Origin: an uncultured Chloroflexia bacterium
GTDB taxonomy: Bacteria; Chloroflexota; Dehalococcoidia; DSTF01; JALHUB01
Assembly (NCBI GenBank): GCA_963726245.1
Contig: CAVSBT010000005.1
Span: 1-17,297, forward strand
Length of the DNA: 17,297 bases
Reading direction: 5' to 3'
How positions within the stretch are numbered: position 1 is the first letter of the stretch; the number at the start of each line of letters is the position of its first letter. Made by a program: the position numbers and the translations under genes. Of the stretch, positions 16,826 through 17,297 are shown piece after piece. The notes under the pieces were generated by a model. It saw only the letters and a program-made list of their open reading frames with translations. It was not told where the DNA came from and searched no databases.

Positions 16826-17297
16826 GTCTGGGGGGCCGCCGCCCCGGCCACGGTGAGGAGGGTGCCCGCCAGCACGTCGCGCCACCTTTCGCCGAGGCGG
16901 TCGCGGTCCAGCCGCACCTGCGTCTGACCCACCGACACCTCGGGCGGCGCCCGACGCCGCAGCTCTTCCCTCGGCAGGTGGGCGCCCTCGGCGAGTCGCA
17001 CAACAATCTGCCCGTCTTCGGTCTGGATCGACTGCACGCCGGCGCGACGGGCCAGCAGACGCAACTGCACGGCGAAGAGGAGGTTGTGCACCGGCGGCGG
17101 CAGCGCCCCGAAGCGGTCCGCCATCTCCCCGGCCATCTCCTCCACTTCCGACTCCTCCTCGGCGGAGGCGAGGCGCTGGTAGAGCGCCAGGCGCAGGTTG
17201 AGGTCGGGCACGTAGGAGTGGGGGATGTGGGCCGTGAGGGGGAGGTCTAGGGTGACGGCCGGACGCGCCGTGGCCGCCACGGGCGGCTCCTCGCCCT
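16822..17297 (-). CDS. mfd: Transcription-repair coupling factor, C-terminal TRCF domain (partial)
   Basis: LDLPLTAHIPHSYVPDLNLRLALYQRLA...EMADRFGALPPPVHNL; the frame is open to the window edge. Confidence 0.92.
   Translation of the reverse strand, partial: GEEPPVAATARPAVTLDLPLTAHIPHSYVPDLNLRLALYQRLASAEEESEVEEMAGEMADRFGALPPPVHNLLFAVQLRLLARRAGVQSIQTEDGQIVVRLAEGAHLPREELRRRAPPEVSVGQTQVRLDRDRLGERWRDVLAGTLLTVAGAAAPQT

Overview
This is a GC-rich bacterial chromosomal window; gene content and the T-box suggest Chloroflexota/Dehalococcoidia (inference). The left part (1-7320, minus strand) is a branched-chain amino-acid operon: sigma70 promoter > full-length Leu(CUC) T-box riboswitch > 55-codon Leu/Val-rich small ORF > ilvB-ilvN-ilvC > two tandem short bacterioferritin-like genes > cluster of GTAG-type REP palindromes > leuA > bacterial PH-domain membrane protein. 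This part is dense in single-base indels that look like long-read errors. The right part is mostly intact: ArsR regulator, YceI, EamA transporter, an unannotated promoter/15-aa sORF/structured-RNA unit, a divergent PyrE-like PRTase, an LppX-like lipoprotein, a small HTH_17-like protein, rsmG, a Yip1-like membrane protein, an MFS transporter, a CaiB/BaiF CoA-transferase, a Cys-motif hypothetical protein and the 3' end of mfd. The most interesting observations are: tandem T-box plus leader-peptide control of ilvB; an asymmetric bacterioferritin pair inside the ilv-leu operon, bounded by a 25-bp direct repeat; an orphan transcription unit at 9478-9845; and a shared non-canonical promoter motif (TKGACA-N3-GTGGTA-N3-T) found upstream of three genes.
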